This document shows, piece after piece, positions 30,071-40,447 of a stretch of DNA of 64,000 nucleotides. The position numbers were made by a program, and so were the translations under genes. Positions within the stretch are counted from its first letter, which is position 1, and every line of letters begins with the position of its first letter. The DNA comes from Spirochaetia bacterium. Its GTDB lineage: Bacteria > Spirochaetota > Spirochaetia > CADAEX01. The notes beneath the pieces were generated by a model. That model was not told where the DNA came from, made no database searches, and saw nothing but the letters and a program-made list of their open reading frames with translations. Where the stretch lies: the NCBI GenBank assembly GCA_963662265.2, contig CAXXHA010000036.1:96001-160000 (forward strand), read 5' to 3'.

Positions 30071-32066
30071 TTTTTCAATAGGCCAGAATATCCTTATAAC
30101 AACTCTCGGAATTGTAATGACAGTTCTTTTTGTTACAAGCACTGTCTACTACACAGTTTTTTCAAACAGGATTAATTCACTTATAGAAAGCCAGTCACGG
30201 GAAATCAACAAACAGATTGTTCTTAATTATGAAAGTTATATAAACAGTGTAATTGAAACATCCAATTATATTCAGGCTTCCTCTCTGAACCTGGATGTTG
30301 AAGATTCCTATGACGAGCTTCAGGATATTTATCACTATAATTCCGAGATAAAGAAAGATGTTGTTTCTATTTTCCTTTTTGATGAGAATGGCGAGAAAAT
30401 CCTGGGAAACAGCCCTGACAATTCCCGTTTTTATGATATTTCTGATGAGAATTGGTTTTATAAAGCGCTCAGGGAAAAGACAACATTCCATTTTTCAGCT
30501 CCCCACAGGCAGAGTCTTGTCAATAACGGAGACGAAGAGGTGATTTCTGTTTCAAGATCAGTAAAATACAGCGAATCCGGAATTGAAAAAGATGGTATTC
30601 TCCTTATTGAGCTTAACTTCAGAAACCTGACCGATCTTGCCGACAAGACCAATCTGGGTATAGGCGGTCATATCCTTATTCTCAATGATGAGGATTCAAT
30701 AATATATCTTTCCGGAAAAAGGAACAGGGAGGAAGTTCCTGAAAGCATTGATATTGCTGTTAATAATTATCTAGGCGGGTTCAAAACCAGGATTGATTCG
30801 ATGGAGATGTATGTAAACATCAATACACTTATCCAGACCAGGTGGCGTATTGTCACAATAAACAATGTTAATGAACTTTCCCTTGCCCGAAATGAGATGC
30901 TTATTATTCTTTTTGCTATTTTTATACTCAGTTTTGCAGGAACTGCTTTTGTCTCATTTGTTATTTCAAGAAGAATTACAGAGCCTCTTTTTCAGCTTAA
31001 AAAGAGCATGCTTAAGATAGAAAGAGGCGATTTTCATACGACTGTTGAAGTAAGCGGCCAGAAAGAGGTTGTCCGCCTTTCCATGGCATTCAACAGGATG
31101 CTTGAAGAGATAAGCCGGCTTATGAGCAGGGTTGTAAATGAGCAGAAGGAAAAGAGAAAGACTGAATTAAAGGCGCTGCAGAACCAGATAAATCCCCACT
31201 TTCTCTACAATACACTTGATTCCATAGTGTGGCTTGCAGAGAACAAGAGGACTGACGATGTAATTACAACAGTCATAGCACTTGCAAGGTTTTTCAGGAT
31301 AAGTATTTCAAAAGGGGCCACATATATCCCTGTCAAAGATGAAATTTCCCATATCAAGAATTATCTGACAATTCAGAAAATCAGGTATGTCGATAAATTC
31401 GAATATACTTTCGAGATAGACCCTGAAGTCTATGACTTCAAGGTTATGAAGCTTATTCTTCAGCCTATTGTTGAGAATGCAATCTATCACGGCGTGGGGG
31501 ACGAAACAGAGCAGATAACAATAAGGTCATATCTAGAGGGTGATTTTCTTGTATTTGAAGTTGAAAATTCCGGTTACGGTATTACTGATGAACGTATTGA
31601 GGAGATTTACCAGGTCCTTAAAGGGGAGCACTCGAAAAGCAGCGTTGGTATGCGGAATGTTTATCTGCGGCTTAAGCTTTTTTACGGGGATGAAGCAGAT
31701 ATCAGGATAACAAGCGAGCTTGATGAAATGACTCTTATCAGGCTGCTTATACCTGTCGGCTCAGCTGTCCGGGAATCTTTTCTAAGCAGCAGTCCTGATT
31801 CTTCAGGCTCATCGGCGGAAAAAATTAAGCCTTCTTCAGGTTCAGATGGAAGTGCGGGCAGGGGAGTTGATAGCCATTATTCTGAATCTGCTCCGGCTGA
31901 AAACAGCAGGGGAAGCAGTCCTTCCAGCTCAGGGTCAGGAAGCCCTGAAGGGGAAAAAGATCCTGTTTTACATGATGAGGCCGGCAGTGAAAACACTAAT
32001 TCGGATAATGAGGATGACGGAGGCGATTCCGGTTCCCGCAGTGCAGGTCATAAGGCTGATGATTGA
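30048..32066 (+). CDS. Sensor histidine kinase (YesM/LytS-type: Cache, HAMP, His_kinase, HATPase) with long low-complexity tail
   Basis: LQNQINPHFLYNTL, LQPIVENAIYHG, two TMs; GTG start at 30048 preferred over 29955. Confidence 0.92.
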   Translation: MKNRILYNFSIGQNILITTLGIVMTVLFVTSTVYYTVFSNRINSLIESQSREINKQIVLNYESYINSVIETSNYIQASSLNLDVEDSYDELQDIYHYNSEIKKDVVSIFLFDENGEKILGNSPDNSRFYDISDENWFYKALREKTTFHFSAPHRQSLVNNGDEEVISVSRSVKYSESGIEKDGILLIELNFRNLTDLADKTNLGIGGHILILNDEDSIIYLSGKRNREEVPESIDIAVNNYLGGFKTRIDSMEMYVNINTLIQTRWRIVTINNVNELSLARNEMLIILFAIFILSFAGTAFVSFVISRRITEPLFQLKKSMLKIERGDFHTTVEVSGQKEVVRLSMAFNRMLEEISRLMSRVVNEQKEKRKTELKALQNQINPHFLYNTLDSIVWLAENKRTDDVITTVIALARFFRISISKGATYIPVKDEISHIKNYLTIQKIRYVDKFEYTFEIDPEVYDFKVMKLILQPIVENAIYHGVGDETEQITIRSYLEGDFLVFEVENSGYGITDERIEEIYQVLKGEHSKSSVGMRNVYLRLKLFYGDEADIRITSELDEMTLIRLLIPVGSAVRESFLSSSPDSSGSSAEKIKPSSGSDGSAGRGVDSHYSESAPAENSRGSSPSSSGSGSPEGEKDPVLHDEAGSENTNSDNEDDGGDSGSRSAGHKADD

Positions 32067-32172
32067 GCTGTCAGCATGTTTAAAATGCAGCATGATGCTT
32101 TCATATCAGGTGCCTGTAGGCAGATGTTTCAGCTTTTTCAGGTAAAAAGGTGTTTGAGGATTGGAGGAATAA

Positions 32173-33180
32173 ATGAGAAAAGTATTTGCAGCTGTTTTGA
32201 TTTCAACTGTTTTATTAACAGGCTGCGGTATCAAGGAAAAAACTGCGGGGCTTTTCCTGTACAACAGATCAGATCCTTATGTTGATGTTTTTGCCAGGCA
32301 TATAGAAGATTTTGCATCAGGCATTTTTTCAGTCGAATCAATGGACTGTCAGAATTCACAGATAATCCAGAATGAATATATTGAAAAGCAGATAAAAAAG
32401 AAAAGTGATCTGATGATTATTAATCCTGTGGACAGGCTGGGTGCTTATTCTGTAATCAGGAAACTGAAATCTGTTGATATCCCTGTGATTTTCTTCAACA
32501 GGGAACCCCTTGCCGAGGATCTTGATCTCTGGGAAAAAGCTTATTATGTGGGAGCAAAGGCTGAGCAGTCGGGGCGTCTCCAGGCTGAGATGATTATGGA
32601 GCTTTTCGGAGGAGATCCTGAGAATCTAAATAAATATGACAGAAACAGTAACGGCTTTATCGAAACAGTCATTCTCAAGGGGGAACAGGGGCATCAGGAT
32701 GCAGAGATCAGAACAGCGGAAGTTGTAAAGGCATTTAATGAGAATAATTTCCGTCTTGATATTCTTGTAACAGAGGTTGCCAACTGGAAGCGGGATGAAG
32801 CCTATGAAAAGATGAAGTATCTCATTGATATTCATGGGGATAGAATAGAGCTTGTTATTTCAAACAATGATGCAATGGCGCTCGGTGCAATAAGTATAAT
32901 GAGGCAGTCAGGTCTTTTCCGTGATACAAACGGAAATAATTCAATAGACAGGGATGATGATTTCTGGATACCTGTTGTCGGAATTGACGGGCTTGATGAG
33001 GCGGTTGAGATGATTAAAGAGGGGTATCTCTACGGTTCTGTTCTGAATGATTCATATTCCCAGGCAAGGGCAATAGCGGAACTTGCAGATGTTATACTTA
33101 ATAAGAGAAAACCTGATAAAATGAATTTTCCCCTGGTGGACGATAAGTATATCTGGATTGATTACAAGCCTCTCAAGTGA
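32173..33180 (+). CDS. MglB-like sugar-binding lipoprotein associated with the two-component system
   Basis: LLTGC lipobox, INPVD, FFNREP, LKGEQGHQDA, SNNDAMALGA, VGIDG. Confidence 0.85.
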   Translation: MRKVFAAVLISTVLLTGCGIKEKTAGLFLYNRSDPYVDVFARHIEDFASGIFSVESMDCQNSQIIQNEYIEKQIKKKSDLMIINPVDRLGAYSVIRKLKSVDIPVIFFNREPLAEDLDLWEKAYYVGAKAEQSGRLQAEMIMELFGGDPENLNKYDRNSNGFIETVILKGEQGHQDAEIRTAEVVKAFNENNFRLDILVTEVANWKRDEAYEKMKYLIDIHGDRIELVISNNDAMALGAISIMRQSGLFRDTNGNNSIDRDDDFWIPVVGIDGLDEAVEMIKEGYLYGSVLNDSYSQARAIAELADVILNKRKPDKMNFPLVDDKYIWIDYKPLK

Positions 33181-33305
33181 ATTATCTTCCTGTCTAAGTG
33201 TCTTCCTTTCTGTTTACCATGTCTCTGTTTTAGTCTTTTTATAAATAACTGCTTCCAATATGCAACAGTTTTACTTCTTTCTATCTCATTTCCAGCAATT
33301 CTGAA

Positions 33306-33346
33306 GTTTTGTAAAAATCTCGAATAATATCTCCTGTTTTGTAAAA
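33306..33346 (+). promoter_or_regulatory. Direct repeat GTTTTGTAAAA x2 upstream of mglB, candidate regulator site
   Basis: Identical 11-mers at 33306 and 33336 in the intergenic region. Confidence 0.4.
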
Positions 33347-33446
33347 TCGCACAAATTTTGGATAGGATATTACATTGTTTTACGGAATCAGGCTGTTAGA
33401 ATTGATAACATCGATATTTTTCATATTTTATAAAAGGAGATTTTAA

Positions 33447-34463
33447 ATGAAAAAATCAATTCTGATTGCTTTAATCATTATGATGGTTCCTGCTCTTATT
33501 TTTGCAGGCGGTAAAAAAGAAGATGACAAAATTGTAATTGGTGCCAATATCTACACTTTTGCTGATAACTTCATGAACGGTGTTATGAAACCTGAACTTG
33601 AAAGTTATGCAGCTGAAAAAGGTGTTGAAATACAGGTTGTTGACTCAGAAGGCCAGCAGGCGAAACTCAACGACCAGGTAGATGTTTTTATTACAAAAAA
33701 AGTTGATGTTCTTGCTATCAACCTTGTTGACCCTGCTGCTGCGCAGGCAATTATCGACAAAGCAAAAGCTGCTGATATTCCTCTTGTTCTTTTCAACAAG
33801 GAAGCAACAGAAGCAGGTGCTATGACTTCTTATGATAAAGTATGGTATGTAGGTACAGATTCAGCTGAATCAGGAATTATTCAGGGCCAGATGATGGTTG
33901 CTGACTGGAAAAAGAATCCTGAATGGGATAAAAACGGCGATGGAGTTGTACAGTATGTAATGCTCAAAGGTGAACCCGGACATCCTGATGCTGAAGCAAG
34001 AACAAGAGAATCTGTAAAAGCTTTTGTTGATGCAGGTATCAAAGTAAAACAGCTTGCTCTTGAAGCTGACCCCAACTGGTCAACAGCACACGGCAATGAC
34101 AAAATGGCTGCATGGCTTACATCAAGCTTCGGCAATGATATCGAACTTGTAATCTGCAACAACGACGGAATGGGATTCGGAGCAATTACTGCTATGAAAG
34201 CTGCAGGCGTAAGACTTCCTATTTACAGTGTTGATGCGCTTGACCAGGCTCTCACACATATTGCTGACGGCGAACTTGATGGAACAGTTCTCAACGATGG
34301 TGTAAACCAGGCAAGAGCTACTGTAGACCTTGCAGTTAACGCAGCTATGGGAAAAGATGTAACTGAAGGTACAGACTGGAAAATTGACGGACCAAAAACT
34401 AAAGCTGTCAGAGTTCCTTATGTAGCAGTAACTCCTGAAAACTATCAGGATTTCCAGAAATAA
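33447..34463 (+). CDS. mglB: Galactose/glucose ABC transporter substrate-binding protein
   Basis: AINLVDP, FNKE, YVGTD, Ca-loop DKNGDG, LKGEPGHPDAEART, GTVLND; AAAGGAG RBS. Confidence 0.9.
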   Translation: MKKSILIALIIMMVPALIFAGGKKEDDKIVIGANIYTFADNFMNGVMKPELESYAAEKGVEIQVVDSEGQQAKLNDQVDVFITKKVDVLAINLVDPAAAQAIIDKAKAADIPLVLFNKEATEAGAMTSYDKVWYVGTDSAESGIIQGQMMVADWKKNPEWDKNGDGVVQYVMLKGEPGHPDAEARTRESVKAFVDAGIKVKQLALEADPNWSTAHGNDKMAAWLTSSFGNDIELVICNNDGMGFGAITAMKAAGVRLPIYSVDALDQALTHIADGELDGTVLNDGVNQARATVDLAVNAAMGKDVTEGTDWKIDGPKTKAVRVPYVAVTPENYQDFQK

Positions 34464-34473
34464 TAATCTAATA

Positions 34474-34555
34474 CCGGAGCTTTATTCAGCTTTTCAAGAA
34501 AGATAATTTAAAGTTCCGGATCAGGTCAGGCAGGGAAGAATGTTTCCCTGCCTGA
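34474..34555 (+). promoter_or_regulatory. Two stem-loops between mglB and mglA (mRNA stabiliser or partial terminator)
   Basis: CCGGAGCTTTA/TAAAGTTCCGG (34474-34519) and perfect 12-bp TCAGGCAGGGAA/TTCCCTGCCTGA (34526-34555). Confidence 0.7.
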
Positions 34556-34571
34556 ATCTATAATAAGAGAG

Positions 34572-36104
34572 GTGTTCCTTTTGGAAACAGAATATCTGTT
34601 AAGTATAAAGAATGTTAACAAGTCATTCTCCGGAGTAAGAGTACTTAAAGATGTATGTCTTGATGTAAAACCCGGAACAGTTCATTCCCTGATGGGAGAA
34701 AACGGTGCTGGTAAATCCACTCTCATGAAATGCCTGTTCGGTATTTACAGACAGGACTCAGGAGAGTTTTTTCTTCAGGGAGAAGAATTTAATTTTACCG
34801 ATCCAAAGCATGCACTGGAAAACGGCGTATCAATGGTTCATCAGGAGCTTAACCAGGTTACAAAGAGAACTATTACAGACAATATATGGCTGGGAAGGTA
34901 CCCTGTAAAAAGCGTGTTTATTGATGAAAAGAAAATGTATACAGATACCATTGACCTTTTCAAACGTCTTAATATACACCTTGATCCCAGGATAAGACTG
35001 GATAAACTTTCAGTGTCCCAGAGGCAGATGGTTGAAATTGCAAAAGCTGTTTCATACAACGCAAAAATAATAGTGCTTGATGAGCCTACATCCTCGCTTA
35101 CTGCTCATGAAGTCCAGATGCTTTTCGATATAATGAAGGTCCTGAAAGAAGAGGGTGTGGGAATTGTTTATATCTCCCATAAGATGGAAGAGATTTTTGA
35201 AGTCTCAGATGAAGTAACAGTTCTCAGGGATGGCACATATATCGGAACCGAAGCAATAGAAAATCTGACAATGGAAAAGATTGTTAACATGATGGTCGGA
35301 AGGGAACTTGAAGACCGCTTCCCTCCCAAGACAAATGAACCGGCAGGAATACATATGGCAGTCAAGAACCTGACGACAAGATACAAGCCTGTTGTCCATG
35401 ATGTTAATTTTGACCTGAGAAGAGGTGAAATCCTTGGAATTGCAGGTCTTGTAGGGGCAGGAAGAACTGAGCTCCTTGAAGCTCTCTTCGGCGCAAGAAC
35501 GCTGCAGAGCGGTGAAATATATATAGACGGAAAACTGATTAATAATTCAGATCCTCATAAGGCGATAAACAACAGTTTCGCACTCCTTACAGAGGAAAGG
35601 CGTGAAACAGGAATTTATCCTATAGCAGACATTACTTTCAATTCATGTATATCAAATATCCAGTCATATAAAAACAGCATCGGCCTTCTTGGCGAGAAGA
35701 AGATGAAAGATGATACAGACCTTCAGATAAGAAATATGAGAATAAAAACTCCTCACAGAAGGGAGAAGATCCGGGCATTGAGCGGCGGTAATCAGCAGAA
35801 AGTTATCATAGGCAGATGGCTACTGACAAATCCTGATATTCTGCTTCTTGATGAACCTACCCGGGGTATTGATGTCGGAGCGAAATATGAAATCTATCAG
35901 CTTATAATCAATCTTGCCAAAGAGGGGAAATCAATAATTGTTGTATCCTCGGAAATGCCGGAACTTCTCGGTATTACCAACAGGATAATGGTTATGAGTA
36001 ACGGTTTTGTCTCAGGCATAGTAAATACAGATGAAACAACACAGACAGAAATATTTAACCTGTCGACAAAATATTTGAATAATAACAGAGAGGCGGAAGT
36101 ATGA
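34572..36104 (+). CDS. mglA: Galactose/methyl-galactoside ABC transporter ATP-binding protein
   Basis: [21 protein letters not shown] twice, LSGGNQQK; two ABC domains. Confidence 0.92.
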   Translation: MFLLETEYLLSIKNVNKSFSGVRVLKDVCLDVKPGTVHSLMGENGAGKSTLMKCLFGIYRQDSGEFFLQGEEFNFTDPKHALENGVSMVHQELNQVTKRTITDNIWLGRYPVKSVFIDEKKMYTDTIDLFKRLNIHLDPRIRLDKLSVSQRQMVEIAKAVSYNAKIIVLDEPTSSLTAHEVQMLFDIMKVLKEEGVGIVYISHKMEEIFEVSDEVTVLRDGTYIGTEAIENLTMEKIVNMMVGRELEDRFPPKTNEPAGIHMAVKNLTTRYKPVVHDVNFDLRRGEILGIAGLVGAGRTELLEALFGARTLQSGEIYIDGKLINNSDPHKAINNSFALLTEERRETGIYPIADITFNSCISNIQSYKNSIGLLGEKKMKDDTDLQIRNMRIKTPHRREKIRALSGGNQQKVIIGRWLLTNPDILLLDEPTRGIDVGAKYEIYQLIINLAKEGKSIIVVSSEMPELLGITNRIMVMSNGFVSGIVNTDETTQTEIFNLSTKYLNNNREAEV

Positions 36105-37135
36105 GCGATTTAACAGATATACGAAAAACCCTTTTATCAAAAGATAAGGAATGGTGGAAAGAACAGCTGATCAATAATGCAATTTATATTGTCATATTTG
36201 CAATTATTGTATTTATAATTATAAGGGAACCTGCATTTGTTTCATTTGCAGTATTCAAAAATATTCTTACACAGTCATCTGTAAGGCTTATACTTGCATT
36301 CGGTGTTGCGGGAATTATTATACTGCAGGGAACAGACCTTTCGCTCGGGCGAATGGTAGGCTTTGCTGCAGTAGTTTCAGGATCTCTTCTTCAGAGAGTG
36401 GATTATGCAAACCGGTTCTACCCTGATATGGATCCTCTCCCGATATTTCTTCCCATGCTTGCAGCAATATTAATCTGCTCATTCTTCAGTGCGATAAACG
36501 GTTTTGTTGTCGCAAAATATAAAATACACCCTTTTCTTGCAACAATGGGTATGATGATAACCCTTTATGGTATTCTTTCAATCTATTTTGCATCCGGGGC
36601 TCCCGGTCCCCAGCCTATCGGCGGATTCGATGAGAGATATACACAGTTTGTAATCGGATCAACATTCGGTATTCCAAATCTTGTTTTAATAGCCGGCATC
36701 ATAAGTATACTGGTCTGGATTCTGTGGAACAAGACGACATTTGGAAAGAACATGTATGCAGTAGGGGGTAATCCTGAGGCTGCAAAAGTATCAGGTGTAA
36801 ATGTAATGAAGACATTTCTCCTTGTTTATATTCTTGCAGGTGTTCTCTACGGTGTCGGCGGATTTCTGGAAGCAGCACGAATAGGGAGCGCAAACAACGG
36901 TACAGGGTTCGGATATGAGCTTGATGCAATTGCGGCCTGCGTAGTAGGGGGAATTTCATTCAGCGGAGGTATCGGCAAGGTATCAGGCGCTATTGTCGGC
37001 GTACTCATGTTTACAATTATCAGTTATGGCATGACATTCATGGGGCTTGATATGTACTACCAGTACATAATTAAAGGGATAATTATTGTAGCTGCGGTAT
37101 CTCTTGATACAAAGAAATACCTCAAGAAATCATAG
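36101..37135 (+). CDS. mglC: Galactose/methyl-galactoside ABC transporter permease
   Basis: [40 protein letters not shown]. Confidence 0.92.
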   Translation: MSDLTDIRKTLLSKDKEWWKEQLINNAIYIVIFAIIVFIIIREPAFVSFAVFKNILTQSSVRLILAFGVAGIIILQGTDLSLGRMVGFAAVVSGSLLQRVDYANRFYPDMDPLPIFLPMLAAILICSFFSAINGFVVAKYKIHPFLATMGMMITLYGILSIYFASGAPGPQPIGGFDERYTQFVIGSTFGIPNLVLIAGIISILVWILWNKTTFGKNMYAVGGNPEAAKVSGVNVMKTFLLVYILAGVLYGVGGFLEAARIGSANNGTGFGYELDAIAACVVGGISFSGGIGKVSGAIVGVLMFTIISYGMTFMGLDMYYQYIIKGIIIVAAVSLDTKKYLKKS

Positions 37136-37317
37136 TAAAATCTATATAAACGATTTTGCTATTTGGGCGCATATATAAAACCTGAAGAATGAAGGTTTTC
37201 ATGCGATTATAACAGAATTTATATAAATAATTCCGGAATTCGGGAGTATATTTTAAGAAATCTAAGCATTGCAAAGATTTATTATACTCCCCAATCCCAC
37301 CTTTTCATAATGTCTCC

Positions 37318-37357
37318 AGGCTGTCCGGCAGAAAATCCCCTTTTTTCCGGACAGCCT
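37318..37357. terminator. Probable bidirectional terminator between convergent mglC and uxs-like gene
   Basis: Perfect 11-bp inverted repeat AGGCTGTCCGG / CCGGACAGCCT. Confidence 0.65.
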
Positions 37358-37363
37358 CTTTAA

Positions 37364-38311
37364 TTAAGAATGATTTTTAAAATACCCAATTGTTTTTCTT
37401 AATCCTTCTTCCAGACTTACTTTTACTTTCCAGTTGATTTCTTTTTCTGCCAGATCAGTAACAGGACACCGCCTTTTGGGATCATCCTGAGGCAGGGGCA
37501 TAAATGTTATTTCTGATTTGCTTCCGGTTATTCTAATTACTATTTCAGAAAGCTCTTTTATTGTAACCTGATCCGGGTTTCCTATATTTACAGGACCCGT
37601 GAAATTATCCCGAGTCTCCATTAAGCTAATCATTCCAACTATTAAATCATCCACATAGCAGAAACTCCTGCTCTGGCTCCCATCGCCGTAAATTGTGATA
37701 TTTTTATTTTTAAGAGCCTGCATTATAAAATTACTTACAACACGGCCGTCATCAGGGCGCATTTTTGGGCCATAAGTGTTGAATATTCTCATTACTTTGA
37801 TTTTTACATTATCCTGTCTGAAGTAGTCAAAGAACAATGTCTCTGCGCATCTTTTACCTTCATCGTAACAGGCCCTTATTCCTATTGGATTTACAGATCC
37901 TTTATAATTTTCAGGCTGAGGATGTATTTCAGGATCTCCATATATTTCCGAAGTTGATGCCTGGAGGATTTTTGAATTTGTTTTTTTTGCAAGTTCAAGC
38001 ATGTTAACGGAACCTATTACAGATGTTTTTGTTGTCTGTACCGGATCATATTGATAATGTACCGGAGAAGCGGGACAAGCCAGATTATATATTTCATCAA
38101 TTTCCATATTCAGGGGCTCTGTAATATCATGTTGGAGTAATTCAAAATTAGGATGTTCCAGCAGAGCCTGAATATTTTTTTTATTGCCTGTTGAAAAATT
38201 ATCAACACATATTACATTGTGCCCATTATCTACAAGTTTTCTGCAAAGGTTGCTCCCTAAAAAGCCTGCACCGCCTGTGACCAGTATTTTCTTTTTCATT
38301 AAATTTCTCAT
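37364..38311 (-). CDS. uxs: UDP-glucuronate decarboxylase (UDP-xylose synthase) family SDR
   Basis: [62 protein letters not shown]. Confidence 0.92.
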   Translation of the reverse strand: MRNLMKKKILVTGGAGFLGSNLCRKLVDNGHNVICVDNFSTGNKKNIQALLEHPNFELLQHDITEPLNMEIDEIYNLACPASPVHYQYDPVQTTKTSVIGSVNMLELAKKTNSKILQASTSEIYGDPEIHPQPENYKGSVNPIGIRACYDEGKRCAETLFFDYFRQDNVKIKVMRIFNTYGPKMRPDDGRVVSNFIMQALKNKNITIYGDGSQSRSFCYVDDLIVGMISLMETRDNFTGPVNIGNPDQVTIKELSEIVIRITGSKSEITFMPLPQDDPKRRCPVTDLAEKEINWKVKVSLEEGLRKTIGYFKNHS

Positions 38312-38424
38312 TCTGTAAATTAAATATTGAATTTAATTTTATCATAAAAACAGCTGGAATTATTATTTTTCTAAATATTCAGTAATTCCTGTTTACCAGG
38401 GTAGAATAAGTCGATAATTAACAG

Positions 38425-39591
38425 ATGAAACAAAAAAAGCTGAAAAACAATATAAATATTTTTTCATTTCTAATAATCATGTCTTTCATTTTTGCTGTAT
38501 TATTGCCGGCATCTGTATCTGCAAAGGAATATTTTCTCGAAGACTGGCAGTGCTATGTAGATATGCCGCAGGGACTTGATCCGCTTGGAATGACAAAAAC
38601 AAAAGCAACATTCGGAAACAGCAAGGAAAATGTCTTTTTCCAGGTAAAGGTCTATCCTGCAGACAAGTACAGTACTGCGGATGATATATTCAGGGATATC
38701 AAAAATCAGCTGAGAGCGGAAGGGGATGGATATACGTTCAAGTACAACGGAAATGATTCAGTTTTTGCTGATATAAGTTTCAGTACAGATCTTGCATCTT
38801 ACAGGGCATACAGTGTTTTTATAAACAGCGGCAAATATGATATAGCTGTGCTTTCATTCTGCGAAAAAGAGATTTATGATGATGCCCATTTTTATATACT
38901 ATCTGCGCTTGATTCATTTTCAGATTCATATTCTGCCCTTTATTCACCGGGACCTGTAAGCAGCTTTTTTGAGCAGACCGGGAAAAAATCACCGCTTCTG
39001 GAGATTGCAGTGCCGGTTGGTAATGCAAAGTTTGTATTTGAAGCAGACGGCAGATCGGTAGAGGCTGCCGAGATAACAGCCGAGCGGGAAGCGCGGGTCC
39101 TTGCATTATTTAAACCGGAAGATACTGATGCGTGGAGCCGGTTTTACAGGATGATATACCGGGATAACTACAAGAGGATAGATGCCCTTTTTTATACTTT
39201 AAGAGATAATCTGCTCCGTGGGACTAAAGACCCTGAGGAAATATCAAAAAAGCTTCTTTCATGGCTTCAGAAATTTTCATATTCAAGAACAGGTACTATT
39301 GCGGATTTTTCCCCTCCATTGACAGCGCTTAAGGACTATTCTGCCGACTGTGATTCGCTCGGGATTTTATATATTATTCTTCTCAAAAAGCTCGGGATAG
39401 ATGCTATTCTGATGGTCTCGTCCGAGTATTCCCACTCAATGGCTGCCGTGGATGTTGGGGGTAATGGCGCCCGGTTTCCGTATAAGGGGAAGAAATATCT
39501 TGTGGCGGAGCTCACAAAGGATGTAGCTCTTGGACAGATAAATGCGAAGATGGCTGACCCTGCAAAATGGCTGGGGATTGAGTTTAAGTAG
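38425..39591 (+). CDS. Exported protein with C-terminal transglutaminase-like domain
   Basis: Signal peptide; DCDS, SHSMAAV, YLVAELT (Cys-His-acid triad pattern). Confidence 0.7.
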   Translation: MKQKKLKNNINIFSFLIIMSFIFAVLLPASVSAKEYFLEDWQCYVDMPQGLDPLGMTKTKATFGNSKENVFFQVKVYPADKYSTADDIFRDIKNQLRAEGDGYTFKYNGNDSVFADISFSTDLASYRAYSVFINSGKYDIAVLSFCEKEIYDDAHFYILSALDSFSDSYSALYSPGPVSSFFEQTGKKSPLLEIAVPVGNAKFVFEADGRSVEAAEITAEREARVLALFKPEDTDAWSRFYRMIYRDNYKRIDALFYTLRDNLLRGTKDPEEISKKLLSWLQKFSYSRTGTIADFSPPLTALKDYSADCDSLGILYIILLKKLGIDAILMVSSEYSHSMAAVDVGGNGARFPYKGKKYLVAELTKDVALGQINAKMADPAKWLGIEFK

Positions 39592-40447
39592 GGGGTATAA
39601 ATCCCCGGCCTTCCATGTTAAGCTGTCTTGCTGCTTCCCATATTTCCGGCCACCAGAAAAGCATTTCCCCGCATTTTTTGATATAATGCTGAAATAAAGT
39701 AAGAGCTTTTTTTTTGTTTTCCATTTTCCTGAGTTCAGCGGGGATTACTGATAGATCCGATAAAGCTTCCTGGATTAATAATTCTTTATAATTAAGCATA
39801 TCTTTTATCCACCATTCAGGACTTCGCTCGTGAAAATCAAACAGATAATTTATATGTGTTATTAGACTTTTTATATATCCTAACTGAATCAGCTTTAGTT
39901 GTTCTTCAAAATCTGAAATATTAAGATTTCCGAATTCCTGAAACCTCTTACCTGTTTCTTTCAAACGGTTTTCACCTGGAGGATTCAAAAACTCTGATGT
40001 CATTTTTCTGATCAAAAGTGATGAATAAACTCCTGTATCTAATGAAACATCTTTGAAAGAGCTTTCAGAAAAAGAGAGTTTTTCTGCCGGATTATGAAAA
40101 AGGGCATAGGGAATATGCATAGTCAATCCGTATTCAAAGCATCTGTTGAGAAGTATTCCAAAATTCGTATCTTCTCTTCTTCCAAGAGGCAGACATGGAG
40201 GAGGAATTCTTCTGTTATCAGTTGAATATGTTCCTCCCATGAGGAAATCCCCTCTGTCCATTATATAATCCATTGTTGAATTAATATTAAATCCGTCTTT
40301 TTTGATGTTATTGTAATCATTAATATTATCAAAGAAAATTCTTTCTTCCTCCTGTAAAAGAGGCAGATAAGGATTTTGATACCATCTTCCGCCGCAATAA
40401 CCTGCAGAGATTGTCTGAATAATAAGATTATTTTTCTCAATTAACAT
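39584..40447 (-). CDS. C-terminal part of RRE-like/GT-A-fold enzyme B, copy 1 (frameshifted from 40441..41379)
   Basis: Colinear with the C-terminal half of intact paralog 44895..46706 (AGYCGGRW, GRREDTNF, WWPEIWE). Confidence 0.75.
   Translation of the reverse strand: MLIEKNNLIIQTISAGYCGGRWYQNPYLPLLQEEERIFFDNINDYNNIKKDGFNINSTMDYIMDRGDFLMGGTYSTDNRRIPPPCLPLGRREDTNFGILLNRCFEYGLTMHIPYALFHNPAEKLSFSESSFKDVSLDTGVYSSLLIRKMTSEFLNPPGENRLKETGKRFQEFGNLNISDFEEQLKLIQLGYIKSLITHINYLFDFHERSPEWWIKDMLNYKELLIQEALSDLSVIPAELRKMENKKKALTLFQHYIKKCGEMLFWWPEIWEAARQLNMEGRGFIPPT

Noticed and set aside
32076-32285. Short ORFs between the kinase and the binding protein
   Set aside because: Overlap the well-supported binding-protein gene and its GGAGG RBS; no recognisable features
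37168-37291. Additional inverted repeats after mglC (AAAACCT/AGGTTTT; GGGAGTATA/TATACTCCC) as possible sRNA or MITE
   Set aside because: Short arms, single copy in the window, no target-site duplication; compatible with ordinary 3' UTR structure
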